Below are positions 13,530 to 24,481 of a DNA stretch of 64,000 nucleotides, in pieces. Source of the stretch: Escherichia coli (lineage in GTDB: Bacteria; Pseudomonadota; Gammaproteobacteria; Enterobacterales; Enterobacteriaceae); assembly GCF_045037415.1 (NCBI RefSeq), contig NZ_CP173438.1. The stretch is one strand, 5' to 3'. A program made the translations under genes and the position numbers. Within the stretch, counting starts at the first letter, position 1, and the number at the start of each line of letters is the position of its first letter. The notes below the pieces were generated by a model. The model searched no databases and was not told the DNA's origin. It saw nothing but the letters and a program-made list of their open reading frames with translations.

Positions 13530-16500
13530 AAATTCTCAGCCTGCGCCTGAAAAACCTGAACTCATTAAAAGGCGAATGGAAGATTGATTTCACCCGCGAG
13601 CCGTTCGCCAGCAACGGGCTGTTTGCTATTACCGGCCCAACCGGTGCGGGGAAAACCACCCTGCTGGACGCCATTTGTCTGGCGCTGTATCACGAAACTC
13701 CGCGCCTCTCTAACGTTTCACAATCGCAAAATGATCTCATGACCCGCGATACCGCCGAATGTCTGGCGGAAGTGGAGTTTGAAGTCAAAGATGAAGCGTA
13801 TCGCGCGTTCTGGAGCCAGAATCGGGCGCGTAACCAGCCGGACGGTAATTTGCAGGTGCCACGCGTAGAGCTGGCGCGCTGTGCAGACGGCAAAATTCTC
13901 GCCGACAAAGTGAAAGATAAGCTGGAACTGACGGCGACGTTAACCGGACTGGATTACGGGCGCTTCACCCGTTCGATGCTGCTTTCGCAGGGGCAATTTG
14001 CTGCCTTCCTGAATGCCAAACCCAAAGAACGCGCAGAATTGCTCGAGGAGTTAACCGGCACTGAAATCTACGGGCAAATCTCGGCGATGGTTTTTGAGCA
14101 GCACAAATCGGCCCGCACAGAGCTGGAGAAGCTGCAAGCGCAGGCCAGCGGCGTCGCGTTGCTCACGCCGGAACAAGTGCAATCGCTGACAGCGAGTTTG
14201 CAGGTACTTACTGACGAAGAAAAACAGTTAATTACCGCGCAGCAGCAAGAACAACAATCGCTAAACTGGTTAACGCGTCTGGACGAATTGCAGCAAGAAG
14301 CCAGCCGCCGTCAACAGGCCTTGCAACAGGCATTAGCCGAAGAAGAACAAGCGCAACCTCAACTGGCGGCGCTCAGTCTGGCACAACCGGCACGAAATCT
14401 TCGTCCGCACTGGGAACGCATCGCAGAACACAGCACGGCGCTGGCGCATACTCGCCAGCAGATTGAAGAAGTAAATACTCGCTTACAGAGCACAATGGCG
14501 CTTCGTGCGAGCATTCGCCACCACGCGGCGAAGCAGTCAGCAGAATTACAGCAGCAGCAACAAAGCCTGAATGCCTGGTTACAGGAACACGACCGCTTCC
14601 GTCAGTGGAACAACGAACTGGCGGGTTGGCGTGCGCAGTTCTCCCAACAAACCAGCGATCGCGAGCATCTGCGGCAATGGCAGCAACAGTTAACCCATGC
14701 TGAGCAAAAACTTAATGCGCTTGCGGCGATCACGTTGACGTTAACCGCCGATGAAGTTGCTAGCGCCCAGGCGCAACATGCTGAGCAACGCCCACTGCGT
14801 CAGCGCCTGGTCGCACTGCATGGGCAGATTGTTCCCCAACAAAAACGTCTGGCGCAGTTACAGGTCGCTATCCAGAACGTCACTCTGGAGCAGACGCAAC
14901 GTAATGCCGCACTTAACAAAATGCGCCATCGTTATAAAGAAAAGATGCAACAACTTGCCGATGTGAAAACCATTTGCGAGCAGGAAGCGCGCATTAAAAC
15001 GCTGGAAGCCCAGCGCGCACAGTTACAGGCGGGTCAGCCTTGCCCACTTTGTGGTTCCACCAGCCACCCGGCGGTCGAGGCGTATCAGGCGCTGGAACCG
15101 GGCGTTAATCAGGCCCGGCTATTAACGCTGGAAAAAGAAGTGAAAAAGCTCGGCGAAGAAGGTGCGACGCTACGTGGGCAACTGGACGCCTTAACAAAGC
15201 AACTTCAGCGCGATGAAAACGAAGCGCAAAGCCTCCGACAAGATGAGCAAGCACTTACTCAACAATGGCAAGCCGTCACGGCCAGCCTCAATATCACCCT
15301 GCAGCCACAGGACGATATTCAACCGTGGCTGGATGCACAAGATGAGCACGAACGCCAGCTGCGGTTACTCAGCCAACGGCATGAATTACAAGGGCAGATT
15401 GCCGCGCATAATCAGCAAATTATCCAGTATCAACAGCAAATTGAACAACGCCAGCAGCAGCTCTTAACGGCATTGGCGGGTTATGCACTGACATTGCCAC
15501 AGGAAGATGAAGAAGAGAGCTGGTTGGCGACGCGTCAGCAAGAAGCGCAGAGCTGGCAGCAACGCCAGAACGAATTAACCGCGCTGCAAAACCGTATGCA
15601 GCAGCTGACGCCGATTCTGGAAACGTTGCCGCAAAGTGATGAACTCCCGCACAGCGAAGAAACTGTGGCGCTGGAAAACTGGCGGCAGGTTCATGAACAA
15701 TGTCTCGCATTACACAGCCAGCAGCAGACGTTACAGCAACAGGATGTTCTGGCGGCGCAAAGTCTGCAAAAAGCCCAGGCGCAGTTTGACACCGCGCTAC
15801 AGGCGAGCGTCTTTGACGATCAGCAGGCGTTCCTTGCGGCGCTAATGGATGAACAAACACTAACGCAGCTGGAACAGCTCAAGCAGAATCTGGAAAACCA
15901 GCGCCGTCAGGCGCAAACGCTGGTCACTCAGACAGCAGAAACGCTGACACAGCATCAGCAACACCGACCTGGCGGGTTGTCTCTCACTGTGACGGTGGAG
16001 CAGATTCAGCAAGAGTTAGCGCAAACTCACCAAAAGTTGCGTGAAAACACCACGAGTCAAGGCGAGATTCGCCAGCAGCTGAAGCAGGATGCAGATAACC
16101 GTCAGCAACAACAAACCTTAATGCAGCAAATTGCTCAAATGACGCAGCAGGTTGAGGACTGGGGATATCTGAATTCGCTAATAGGTTCCAAAGAGGGCGA
16201 TAAATTCCGCAAATTTGCCCAAGGGCTGACGCTGGATAATTTAGTCCATCTCGCTAATCAGCAACTTACCCGGCTGCACGGGCGCTATCTGTTACAGCGC
16301 AAAGCCAGCGAGGCGCTGGAAGTTGAGGTTGTTGATACCTGGCAGGCTGATGCGGTACGCGATACCCGTACCCTTTCCGGCGGCGAAAGTTTCCTCGTCA
16401 GTCTGGCGCTGGCACTGGCGCTTTCAGATCTGGTCAGCCATAAAACGCGTATTGACTCGCTGTTCCTTGATGAAGGTTTTGGCACGCTGGATAGCGAAAC

Positions 16501-16669
16501 GCTGGATACCGCCCTTGATGCGTTGGATGCCCTGAATGCCAGTGGCAAAACCATCGGGGTGATTAGCCACGTTGAAGCGATGAAAGAGCGTATTCCGGTG
16601 CAGATCAAAGTGAAGAAGATCAATGGACTGGGCTACAGCAAACTGGAAAGTGCGTTTGCAGTGAAATAA
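13526..16669 (+). CDS. sbcC: Nuclease SbcCD subunit C (Rad50-like SMC ATPase), 1047 aa
   Basis: ORF translation [50 protein letters not shown]... (Walker A); long Q/E/L-rich coiled coil; CPLCG zinc-hook motif at 15041..15055; C-terminal signature LSGGESF and Walker [11 protein letters not shown]; start overlaps the sbcD stop (ATGA). Confidence 0.96.
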   Translation: MKILSLRLKNLNSLKGEWKIDFTREPFASNGLFAITGPTGAGKTTLLDAICLALYHETPRLSNVSQSQNDLMTRDTAECLAEVEFEVKDEAYRAFWSQNRARNQPDGNLQVPRVELARCADGKILADKVKDKLELTATLTGLDYGRFTRSMLLSQGQFAAFLNAKPKERAELLEELTGTEIYGQISAMVFEQHKSARTELEKLQAQASGVALLTPEQVQSLTASLQVLTDEEKQLITAQQQEQQSLNWLTRLDELQQEASRRQQALQQALAEEEQAQPQLAALSLAQPARNLRPHWERIAEHSTALAHTRQQIEEVNTRLQSTMALRASIRHHAAKQSAELQQQQQSLNAWLQEHDRFRQWNNELAGWRAQFSQQTSDREHLRQWQQQLTHAEQKLNALAAITLTLTADEVASAQAQHAEQRPLRQRLVALHGQIVPQQKRLAQLQVAIQNVTLEQTQRNAALNKMRHRYKEKMQQLADVKTICEQEARIKTLEAQRAQLQAGQPCPLCGSTSHPAVEAYQALEPGVNQARLLTLEKEVKKLGEEGATLRGQLDALTKQLQRDENEAQSLRQDEQALTQQWQAVTASLNITLQPQDDIQPWLDAQDEHERQLRLLSQRHELQGQIAAHNQQIIQYQQQIEQRQQQLLTALAGYALTLPQEDEEESWLATRQQEAQSWQQRQNELTALQNRMQQLTPILETLPQSDELPHSEETVALENWRQVHEQCLALHSQQQTLQQQDVLAAQSLQKAQAQFDTALQASVFDDQQAFLAALMDEQTLTQLEQLKQNLENQRRQAQTLVTQTAETLTQHQQHRPGGLSLTVTVEQIQQELAQTHQKLRENTTSQGEIRQQLKQDADNRQQQQTLMQQIAQMTQQVEDWGYLNSLIGSKEGDKFRKFAQGLTLDNLVHLANQQLTRLHGRYLLQRKASEALEVEVVDTWQADAVRDTRTLSGGESFLVSLALALALSDLVSHKTRIDSLFLDEGFGTLDSETLDTALDALDALNASGKTIGVISHVEAMKERIPVQIKVKKINGLGYSKLESAFAVK

Positions 16670-16794
16670 CTATTCAGCAGGATAATGAATACAGAGGGGC
16701 GAATTATCTCTTGGCCCGACTGGTCGTTATCCTGCAAGCTATCACTTTATTGGCTACGGTGATTGGTAGCCGTTCTGGTGGTTGTGATGGTGGT

Positions 16795-17979
16795 ATGAAA
16801 AAAGTTATTTTATCTTTGGCTCTGGGCACGTTTGGTTTGGGGATGGCCGAATTTGGCATTATGGGCGTGCTCACGGAGCTGGCGCATAACGTAGGAATTT
16901 CGATTCCTGCCGCCGGGCATATGATCTCGTATTATGCGCTGGGGGTGGTGGTCGGTGCGCCAATCATCGCGCTTTTTTCCAGTCGCTACTCACTCAAACA
17001 TATCTTGTTGTTTCTGGTGGCGTTGTGCGTCATTGGCAACGCCATGTTCACGCTCTCTTCGTCTTACCTGATGCTCGCCATTGGTCGGCTGGTTTCCGGC
17101 TTCCCGCATGGTGCATTTTTTGGCGTCGGCGCGATCGTGTTATCAAAAATTATCAAACCCGGCAAAGTCACCGCCGCCGTGGCAGGGATGGTTTCCGGGA
17201 TGACAGTCGCCAATTTGCTGGGCATTCCACTGGGAACGTATTTAAGTCAGGAATTTAGCTGGCGTTACACCTTTTTGTTGATCGCTATTTTTAATATTGC
17301 GGTGATGGCATCGGTCTATTTTTGGGTGCCGGATATTCGCGACGAGGCGAAAGGAAAACTACGCGAACAATTTCACTTTTTACGCAGCCCTGCCCCGTGG
17401 TTAATTTTCGCTGCTACGATGTTTGGCAACGCAGGTGTGTTTGCCTGGTTCAGCTACGTAAAGCCATACATGATGTTTATTTCCGGTTTTTCGGAAACGG
17501 CGATGACCTTTATTATGATGTTAGTTGGGCTAGGGATGGTGCTGGGGAATATGCTAAGTGGCAGGATTTCAGGACGTTATTCACCACTGCGCATTGCAGC
17601 AGTGACTGACTTTATCATTGTACTGGCACTGCTGATGCTCTTTTTCTTCGGCGGTATGAAAACAACGTCGCTTATTTTTGCTTTTATTTGTTGCGCGGGA
17701 TTATTTGCCCTTTCAGCACCTCTACAAATATTATTACTGCAAAATGCCAAAGGCGGAGAGTTATTAGGTGCCGCAGGTGGGCAAATAGCGTTTAACCTCG
17801 GTAGCGCCGTCGGCGCATATTGCGGTGGTATGATGCTGACGCTGGGGCTGGCATATAATTACGTGGCGCTGCCCGCCGCCCTGCTTTCGTTTGCTGCGAT
17901 GTCGTCGTTGCTGCTGTATGGTCGCTATAAGCGCCAGCAAGCGGCGGATAGTCCGGTGCTGGCGAAACCACTGGGGTAG
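16795..17979 (+). CDS. araJ: MFS transporter AraJ, 394 aa
   Basis: ORF 16711..17979; internal Met gives MKKVILSLALGTFGLGMAEFGIMGVLTELAHNVGISIPAAGHMISYYALG...; start chosen at 16795. Confidence 0.9.
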   Translation: MKKVILSLALGTFGLGMAEFGIMGVLTELAHNVGISIPAAGHMISYYALGVVVGAPIIALFSSRYSLKHILLFLVALCVIGNAMFTLSSSYLMLAIGRLVSGFPHGAFFGVGAIVLSKIIKPGKVTAAVAGMVSGMTVANLLGIPLGTYLSQEFSWRYTFLLIAIFNIAVMASVYFWVPDIRDEAKGKLREQFHFLRSPAPWLIFAATMFGNAGVFAWFSYVKPYMMFISGFSETAMTFIMMLVGLGMVLGNMLSGRISGRYSPLRIAAVTDFIIVLALLMLFFFGGMKTTSLIFAFICCAGLFALSAPLQILLLQNAKGGELLGAAGGQIAFNLGSAVGAYCGGMMLTLGLAYNYVALPAALLSFAAMSSLLLYGRYKRQQAADSPVLAKPLG

Positions 17980-18005
17980 ATTGCAGTCACGGTGCACGTT
18001 GCTTA

Positions 18006-18094
18006 TTGCCGGATGCGGCGTGAACGCCTTATCCGGCCTACGGGACTGTTCATTTTGTAGGCCTGATAAGACACGCCAGTGTCGCATCAGGCAT
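18006..18094. repeat. BIME/REP composite element, copy 1 (araJ-mak intergenic)
   Basis: TTGCCGGATGCGGCGTGAACGCCTTATCCGGCCTAC...GTAGGCCTGATAAGACACGCCAGTGTCGCATCAGGCAT: paired, oppositely oriented REP palindromes of the GCCGGATGCGGCG type. Confidence 0.8.
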
Positions 18095-18134
18095 CGGAGC
18101 ACCGGGGGGTTGCCGCCACTGTGCGCGTTATTTG

Positions 18135-18224
18135 TTGCCGGATGCGGCGCGAGCGCCTTATCCGGCCTACCGGACGGCTCACTTTGTAGGCCTGATAAGA
18201 CGCGGCAAGCGTCGCATCAGGCAT
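18135..18224. repeat. BIME/REP composite element, copy 2 (tandem duplicate of copy 1)
   Basis: A near-identical ~90-bp unit 129 bp downstream of copy 1 (TTGCCGGATGCGGCGCGAGCGCCTTATCCGGCCTAC...GTCGCATCAGGCAT). Confidence 0.8.
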
Positions 18225-18247
18225 GATACGCCAATTGCCTGGGTTTT

Positions 18248-19156
18248 TTACTCTTGTGGCCATAACCATGCAGCGCCGCGTACGCCGCTCGAATCACCAT
18301 GTTTCGCCTTGTGTACCGGCGTTTCACATTCTCCGCCGAAGACAAATTGTTTAATCAACTGCGGAACCGTTTGATATAAACGGTCTACATTGCTCATTCC
18401 GCCGCCCAGGACAATCACATCCGGATCGAGAATATTCACGACATGTGCCAGCGATTTTGCCAGCCGCAGCTCGTAGCGACGCAATGCCAGTTCCGCTACC
18501 GGATCGCTTTCTTCAACCAGGCGGATAATTTCACTGCCTTTCAGCGCATGTCCGCTCAAACGACGATAATCCGTCGCGAATCCCGTGCCTGAAATAAAGG
18601 TTTCAATACAACCTTGTTTACCGCAATAACAAGGGACTTCCTCGCGATAACGCAGTTCGTCTTCGTCCATCCACGGTAGCGGATTGTGTCCCCACTCGCC
18701 TGCCGTGCCATTGCCGCCGATATGCGCCCGCCCATTGAATGCCACGCCCGCGCCGCATCCCGTGCCGATAATCACGGCAAAAACCGTCTGCGCTCCCGCT
18801 GCCGCGCCATCTACCGCTTCTGAAACCGCCAGACAGTTGGCGTCATTTGCCAGCCGCACTTCCCGCTGCAACCGCGCGCTTAAGTCTTTATCGAATGGCT
18901 GACCGTTGAGCCAGGTTGAATTGGCATTCTTCACCACGCCGGTGTAGGGCGAAATCGAACCTGGAATGCCCATACCTACCGTTCCGCGCTGCCCTGTTGC
19001 CTGCTCCGCCATATCAACCAACGTGGCGATCGTTTCAATAGTCTGCCGGTAATCATCACGCGGCGTGGGCAGACGATGGCGGTACAACTGCTCCCCTGCA
19101 TCGCCCAATGCAATCACTTCAGTTTTGGTGCCGCCTAAATCGATACCTATACGCAC
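18248..19156 (-). CDS. mak: Fructokinase / manno(fructo)kinase (ROK family), 302 aa
   Basis: ORF 18248..19294; reading from the GTG at 19156 gives [36 protein letters not shown]..., the Mak sequence. Confidence 0.92.
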   Translation of the reverse strand: MRIGIDLGGTKTEVIALGDAGEQLYRHRLPTPRDDYRQTIETIATLVDMAEQATGQRGTVGMGIPGSISPYTGVVKNANSTWLNGQPFDKDLSARLQREVRLANDANCLAVSEAVDGAAAGAQTVFAVIIGTGCGAGVAFNGRAHIGGNGTAGEWGHNPLPWMDEDELRYREEVPCYCGKQGCIETFISGTGFATDYRRLSGHALKGSEIIRLVEESDPVAELALRRYELRLAKSLAHVVNILDPDVIVLGGGMSNVDRLYQTVPQLIKQFVFGGECETPVHKAKHGDSSGVRGAAWLWPQE

Positions 19157-19280
19157 GGTACTCTCCTTATTTTTTTCAATATCAATAGCGTAGAGACGGA
19201 CAACCGGATTGGCAATGCAAGGCCGCCGACAATTCGTTATCATGCCCGCTAAATTTAACGACAAGGCCGTGGAAATTATC

Positions 19281-20192
19281 ATGCTGTGGTTCAAAAATTT
19301 AATGGTTTACCGTCTTAGCCGCGAGATTTCGCTGCGTGCAGAAGAGATGGAAAAACAGCTAGCCTCGATGGCATTTACCCCATGCGGCAGCCAGGACATG
19401 GCGAAGATGGGCTGGGTACCTCCGATGGGATCGCACAGCGATGCGTTAACGCACGTTGCCAATGGTCAAATTGTTATCTGTGCGCGCAAAGAAGAAAAAA
19501 TCCTCCCGTCCCCGGTGATTAAACAGGCGCTGGAAGCGAAAATCGCCAAACTGGAAGCGGAACAGGTGCGTAAGCTGAAGAAAACCGAAAAAGATTCGCT
19601 GAAAGACGAAGTGCTGCACTCTCTGCTGCCGCGTGCTTTCAGCCGTTTTAGCCAGACAATGATGTGGATCGATACGGTTAACGGTTTGATTATGGTGGAC
19701 TGCGCCAGCGCCAAAAAAGCGGAAGATACGCTGGCACTGCTGCGTAAAAGCCTGGGGTCGTTACCGGTTGTACCATTGAGCATGGAAAACCCGATTGAAC
19801 TGACGCTGACCGAATGGGTACGTTCCGGCAGCGCGGCACAGGGCTTCCAGCTGCTTGATGAAGCCGAGCTGAAATCGTTGCTGGAAGATGGCGGCGTGAT
19901 CCGCGCGAAGAAACAAGATCTGACCAGCGAAGAGATCACCAACCACATTGAAGCCGGAAAAGTGGTGACTAAACTGGCGCTCGACTGGCAGCAGCGCATT
20001 CAGTTTGTGATGTGCGACGATGGTTCGCTCAAGCGTCTGAAGTTCTGCGACGAGCTGCGCGATCAAAACGAAGATATCGACCGTGAAGATTTCGCCCAGC
20101 GCTTTGATGCCGATTTCATCCTGATGACTGGTGAACTGGCAGCGTTAATTCAAAACCTGATTGAAGGATTAGGTGGCGAAGCACAACGTTAA
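19281..20192 (+). CDS. rdgC: Recombination-associated protein RdgC, 303 aa
   Basis: ORF 19209..20192; internal Met gives [50 protein letters not shown]... Confidence 0.95.
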   Translation: MLWFKNLMVYRLSREISLRAEEMEKQLASMAFTPCGSQDMAKMGWVPPMGSHSDALTHVANGQIVICARKEEKILPSPVIKQALEAKIAKLEAEQVRKLKKTEKDSLKDEVLHSLLPRAFSRFSQTMMWIDTVNGLIMVDCASAKKAEDTLALLRKSLGSLPVVPLSMENPIELTLTEWVRSGSAAQGFQLLDEAELKSLLEDGGVIRAKKQDLTSEEITNHIEAGKVVTKLALDWQQRIQFVMCDDGSLKRLKFCDELRDQNEDIDREDFAQRFDADFILMTGELAALIQNLIEGLGGEAQR

Positions 20193-20209
20193 TTGCTGAT
20201 TTACCTTTA

Positions 20210-20248
20210 ATGCCGGATGCGACGCCTGCCGCGTCTTATCCGGCGTAC
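20210..20248. repeat. REP palindromic element downstream of rdgC
   Basis: ATGCCGGATGCGACGCCTGCCGCGTCTTATCCGGCGTAC, a REP-type imperfect palindrome. Confidence 0.7.
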
Positions 20249-20349
20249 GAAGCCACACCAGGAATATAATCGTTAGCTACAGCGGGCAATAATTCTTAGC
20301 GCAGCAATATTATGCGTTTTATGCTGTAACTTGCTCCAGGGGCGTTGTG

Positions 20350-20631
20350 TCATTGTTTTTCCTCAAGCCGGTGACGCGCTTCACTGCGAATTTTTCGCGT
20401 TGCCCCGGTTTTCACTAAATCACGTAACAGCGAAAGATCGGGTTGTTCGACAAATAAGAGTAATGATGGATCCTCTTTTAACCACGCCGTTTTCACATCG
20501 GCAGCCAGCTGTGAATTATTAATAGCCAGCGACCGCTCCTGAGGCTCAGTCAATGTCGTTAACAACAACACCGGGGTATGTGCGTTGTGCAATGCCGTTT
20601 GGCGCAAATGATCATTGCGACTTTGCAGCAA
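20350..20631 (-). CDS. Hypothetical small protein (93 aa), possibly the ykiA-position ORF; may be non-coding
   Basis: The only ORF over 80 aa in the 645-bp rdgC-ppnP gap; translation MLQSRNDHLRQTALHNAHTPVLLLTTLTEPQERSLAINNSQ... has no recognisable domain; overlapped by a 60-aa ORF on the opposite strand. Confidence 0.3.
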   Translation of the reverse strand: MLQSRNDHLRQTALHNAHTPVLLLTTLTEPQERSLAINNSQLAADVKTAWLKEDPSLLLFVEQPDLSLLRDLVKTGATRKIRSEARHRLEEKQ

Positions 20632-20800
20632 TGCACGCCACCATTCATCATCTGATTTATCTTTTATCGTCGCCAGTTCCGCAACAATATCTGGAGATCT
20701 TCGCTGATATTGATATCAACCTTGATGAATTATGAATATATCGGAAATCGAAAAAATCCCAGCAAAGGAAATATTATTATGGGTTAAAGAGAGGACATTT

Positions 20801-20832
20801 CAGAAAAATGCCCTCCCGTTCAAGGGGAAGGC
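20801..20832 (-). terminator. Putative rho-independent terminator downstream of ppnP
   Basis: Minus-strand hairpin GCCTTCCCC-TTGAAC-GGGAGGGC followed by ATTTTT, 7 bp after the ppnP stop. Confidence 0.5.
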
Positions 20833-20838
20833 GAGGAA

Positions 20839-21123
20839 TTACAGATAGCGGCACAGATAAGAGGTGGGTTCGGCAACTTGCAGATGAAACTCGCTGTGAC
20901 CGGGAACATTAAACACCGAACCGGCTTCATACACTTGCCAGTCGGTCGCGTCAGGCAGTAACACATTCAGCGCGCCACTGATTACCGTCATCTCTTCAGG
21001 CTCAGCGGTGCTGAAGGTGTATTCACCTTCAACCATAACACCCACGCTGGCGCGACCAGTGCTGCTGCTGGAAAAGCCGATCGATTTCACTTTGCCGGAA
21101 AAGTACTCATTACTTTGAAGCAT
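20839..21123 (-). CDS. ppnP: Pyrimidine/purine nucleoside phosphorylase (DUF1255, YaiE), 94 aa
   Basis: ORF translation [94 protein letters not shown]. Confidence 0.93.
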
Positions 21124-21194
21124 AAACTGGCCCTGTCTGGTAGTTGAACATCTACTTCACTATAGGGGCCAGAGGCGCTGGCTGTCACGCAAAA

Positions 21195-21872
21195 TTACAT
21201 CAGTAATTCCGCAGCCAGCCGTGCAATCAATACGTTAGAGAGCAAGACAGGAACATCGAGCTGTTTTTGCAGTAAATCGCGATGACGCTGGTTAAATCCC
21301 AAACAATCCAGCATGATGACATCTGCACCTTTTGCCAGTAATTCTTTCCCGGCATCAATGATTTTTTGTTCCGAATCATGAATGGGGTTACCCAATGAAA
21401 ATACTGGCGGTTTCTGCAAAATTTGCCATTTTTGCGCCTGAACGGTCAGCAACTCCTCAACCGGTACGATAACCCCCACCTGATGATCTTCAACAATAGA
21501 GGAAACCAGCGGTGGCAATATCCGCGACGGCTCAAGAAAGATCGTATTACGCGCGGTCATACTACTAATGTTTGCTGTACTCATTAATATAATGACGTCG
21601 TAACCCTGATTATCGAGCACTTCAACCACACCTTGCAGGTCTCGCTCAACTTTGCGACGCGAAACATGGGCCAGATGGTTGTCATTTAATAATGTGAGAA
21701 TTGTGTCTTCGCCTGCTTCTGGCGCGTACTCCGCCATCACTTCTTCGCGGCTTAACTTCCCCAGCAGGCTATGATGGGAAATATTATCTTCGTCAATGTA
21801 TTCTGTCAGGAGCGGCAAAACTTCCTGCATAGGTACAATGCCGATAGTCAGGATCGCCAACGACGCACTCAT
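21195..21872 (-). CDS. aroM: Protein AroM, 225 aa
   Basis: ORF translation [55 protein letters not shown]...; last gene of aroL-yaiA-aroM. Confidence 0.93.
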   Translation of the reverse strand: MSASLAILTIGIVPMQEVLPLLTEYIDEDNISHHSLLGKLSREEVMAEYAPEAGEDTILTLLNDNHLAHVSRRKVERDLQGVVEVLDNQGYDVIILMSTANISSMTARNTIFLEPSRILPPLVSSIVEDHQVGVIVPVEELLTVQAQKWQILQKPPVFSLGNPIHDSEQKIIDAGKELLAKGADVIMLDCLGFNQRHRDLLQKQLDVPVLLSNVLIARLAAELLM

Positions 21873-22129
21873 TGTTCTTCCACCTTACTTTTATTTCGTC
21901 GTTAATTACCGGGCAAGTGTTAAGCACCACTGCTGACACTTACTTGTGCTACAAATGACAAAAAGCGTAGCAGCAGACCTGCACTGCATAATGTAAAGAT
22001 TCCAAATGATTCCAGTAATGGATTGTTATTGTTTAATATTCTAATTATTTGAAAAACATGAATTGTGAAAAATGTGACGCAGATCCCTTGTGGCGGCACT
22101 CAGAATCCCTTCCGAGCGGTCTGATGCGG

Positions 22130-22330
<201 letters not shown>

Positions 22331-22370
22331 TTATTTCACGGGATGAACGTTAAGTATAGGCGCTCGAAAA

Positions 22371-22895
22371 TCAACAATTGATCGTCTGTGCCAGAGCGCT
22401 GCGAATTTCAGAAATCACCTGGCTGGGTTCGTTTGTTGCGTCGATGATAATATGCGCAACTTCGCGATATAGCGCATCGCGTTCTTCCAGCACTTCCTGA
22501 ACTTCTTCGCTCAGTGGTTTTCCCGTTAAGGTTGGCCGTAAATCTTCTTCCGGTGCAGCTTGCAGTCGGTTAACCAGGACTGATACTGGCGCACACAAAT
22601 AAACCACGATCCCGTTATTTTGCATGAAGTGACGATTAAATTCCGTCAGAATAATGCCGCCGCCCGTGGCGATAACGGTGGATGGCGCAGTTACCGCTTC
22701 CAGTGCCGCCGTTTCTCTGGCGCGGAATCCCGCCCACTCTTCCCTTTCGACGATCTCCGCGACCGTCATATTGAGCTGTGATTGCAACCACTGGTCGGTA
22801 TCGACAAACCGACGGTTAAGCGAATCGGCAAGGGCCATTCCGACCGTTGTTTTACCACAGCCCCGAGGCCCGATCAGAAAAAGAGGTTGTGTCAT
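22371..22895 (-). CDS. aroL: Shikimate kinase 2, 174 aa
   Basis: ORF translation [38 protein letters not shown]... (P-loop GPRGCGKTT). Confidence 0.96.
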
Positions 22896-22964
22896 CGTGG
22901 GTTTTCCCCAATAGGTCGCAATGCGGCGAAAGCCGGTGTCATGAGAATGGCGATCATACCATCA

Positions 22965-22974
22965 AACTAGTACA
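22965..22974. promoter_or_regulatory. TrpR-operator-like CTAG core (AACTAGTACA) in the aroL upstream region
   Basis: ACTAGT-type core 70 bp upstream of the aroL ATG; aroL is known to be TrpR/TyrR regulated; the match is partial. Confidence 0.35.
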
Positions 22975-23058
22975 ATTTCGATTGTAAAGAAAAAATTCCA
23001 CTTAAAGTGAAAATCTCAATACATCCCTTACTATACCAATAAATATTCAAGAATGAAG

Positions 23059-23076
23059 TGTAAATAATAAATTACA
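23059..23076. promoter_or_regulatory. TyrR box (TGTAAATAATAAATTACA) upstream of aroL
   Basis: Matches the TyrR box consensus TGTAAA-N6-TTTACA at 5 of 6 plus 6 of 6 positions; about 165 bp upstream of the aroL ATG, immediately downstream of the yaiI stop. Confidence 0.5.
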
Positions 23077-23077
23077 T

Positions 23078-23536
23078 TTAGCCACGACTACGTTGCACTT
23101 CCAGCCACCACTTCTCCAGCTCCGCAGCAAAAGCCTGGCGGTCACGTTGTGAAAGACTATCTGGTCCTCCGGTCTGGATCCCACTGGCACGTAAGGTATC
23201 CATAAAATCGCGCATCGTCAGGCGCTCACGAATGGTCGCTGGCGTATAACGTTCGCCGCGCGGATTAAGCGCCGCCGCGCCTTTCTCAATGGCTTCAGCA
23301 GCCAAAGGTATATCTGCGGTGATCACCAAATCGCCCGCTTCACACTGCCGAACAATTTCGTTATCGGCAACGTCGAAACCTGCCGCGACGCGCAGCGTAC
23401 GAATAAATCGTGATGGCGGCACGCGTAAACTCTGGTTTGCTACCAGTACCAGCGGCATCTGCATACGTTCCGCCGCGCGATACAAAATCTCTTTAATTAC
23501 ATTGGGACACGCGTCGGCATCCACCCAAATTGTCAT
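23078..23536 (-). CDS. yaiI: UPF0178 protein YaiI, 152 aa
   Basis: ORF 23078..23656; internal Met gives [50 protein letters not shown]...; start chosen at 23536. Confidence 0.9.
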   Translation of the reverse strand: MTIWVDADACPNVIKEILYRAAERMQMPLVLVANQSLRVPPSRFIRTLRVAAGFDVADNEIVRQCEAGDLVITADIPLAAEAIEKGAAALNPRGERYTPATIRERLTMRDFMDTLRASGIQTGGPDSLSQRDRQAFAAELEKWWLEVQRSRG

Positions 23537-23655
23537 AAAGTCATCCTTTGTTGGGTAATCCTCTATTGTGTCGCGCTTTTGCCTTCCGGCATAGTTCTGT
23601 TTATGCTTCTGCCAGCGATTATCAAAACAATGAATTTCACGGCAGGAGTGAGGCA

Positions 23656-24465
23656 ATGGAAAAGAAAATCGGTTTTATTGGCTGCGGCAATATGGGAAAA
23701 GCCATTCTCGGCGGTCTGATTGCCAGCGGTCAGGTGCTTCCAGGGCAAATCTGGGTATATACCCCCTCCCCGGATAAAGTCACCGCCCTGCATGAACAGT
23801 TCGGCATCAACGCCGCAGAATCGGCGCAAGAAGTAGCGCAAATCGCCGACATCATTTTTGCCGCCGTTAAACCAGGCATCATGATTAAAGTGCTTAGCGA
23901 AATCACCTCCAGCCTGAATAAAGACTCTCTGGTCGTTTCTATTGCTGCAGGTATCACGCTCGACCAGCTTGCCCGCGCGCTGGGCCATGACCGGAAAATT
24001 ATCCGCGCCATGCCGAACACTCCCGCGCTGGTTAATGCCGGGATGACCTCCGTAACGCCAAACGCGCTGGTAACCCCAGAAGATACCGCTGATGTGCTGA
24101 ATATTTTCCGCTGCTTTGGCGAAGCGGAAGTGATTGCTGAGCCGATGATCCACCCGGTGGTCGGTGTGAGCGGTTCTTCGCCAGCCTACGTCTTTATGTT
24201 TATCGAAGCGATGGCCGACGCCGCCGTGCTGGGCGGGATGCCACGCGCCCAGGCGTATAAATTTGCCGCTCAGGCGGTAATGGGCTCCGCAAAAATGGTG
24301 CTGGAAACGGGAGAACATCCGGGAACACTGAAAGATATGGTCTGCTCACCGGGAGGCACCACCATTGAGGCGGTACGCGTACTGGAAGAGAAAGGCTTCC
24401 GTGCCGCAGTGATCGAAGCGATGACGAAGTGTATGGAAAAATCAGAAAAACTCAGCAAATCCTGA
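23656..24465 (+). CDS. proC: Pyrroline-5-carboxylate reductase, 269 aa
   Basis: ORF 23548..24465; internal Met gives [41 protein letters not shown]... (NADP Rossmann GxGxxG). Confidence 0.95.
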   Translation: MEKKIGFIGCGNMGKAILGGLIASGQVLPGQIWVYTPSPDKVTALHEQFGINAAESAQEVAQIADIIFAAVKPGIMIKVLSEITSSLNKDSLVVSIAAGITLDQLARALGHDRKIIRAMPNTPALVNAGMTSVTPNALVTPEDTADVLNIFRCFGEAEVIAEPMIHPVVGVSGSSPAYVFMFIEAMADAAVLGGMPRAQAYKFAAQAVMGSAKMVLETGEHPGTLKDMVCSPGGTTIEAVRVLEEKGFRAAVIEAMTKCMEKSEKLSKS

Positions 24466-24481
24466 TGGCTTTTGCCGGACG

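Noticed and set aside
14200-16100. Apparent CAG/CAA-rich repetitive DNA inside sbcC
   Set aside because: Reflects the Gln/Glu/Leu-rich coiled-coil arms of the SMC-like SbcC protein, not a DNA-level tandem repeat; the reading frame is intact throughout.
18006-18224. Possible CRISPR-like array (regularly spaced repeats)
   Set aside because: Only two copies; the repeats are about 90 bp long and match REP/BIME palindromes (GCCGGATGCGGCG...CGCCTTATCCGGCC); no cas genes nearby.
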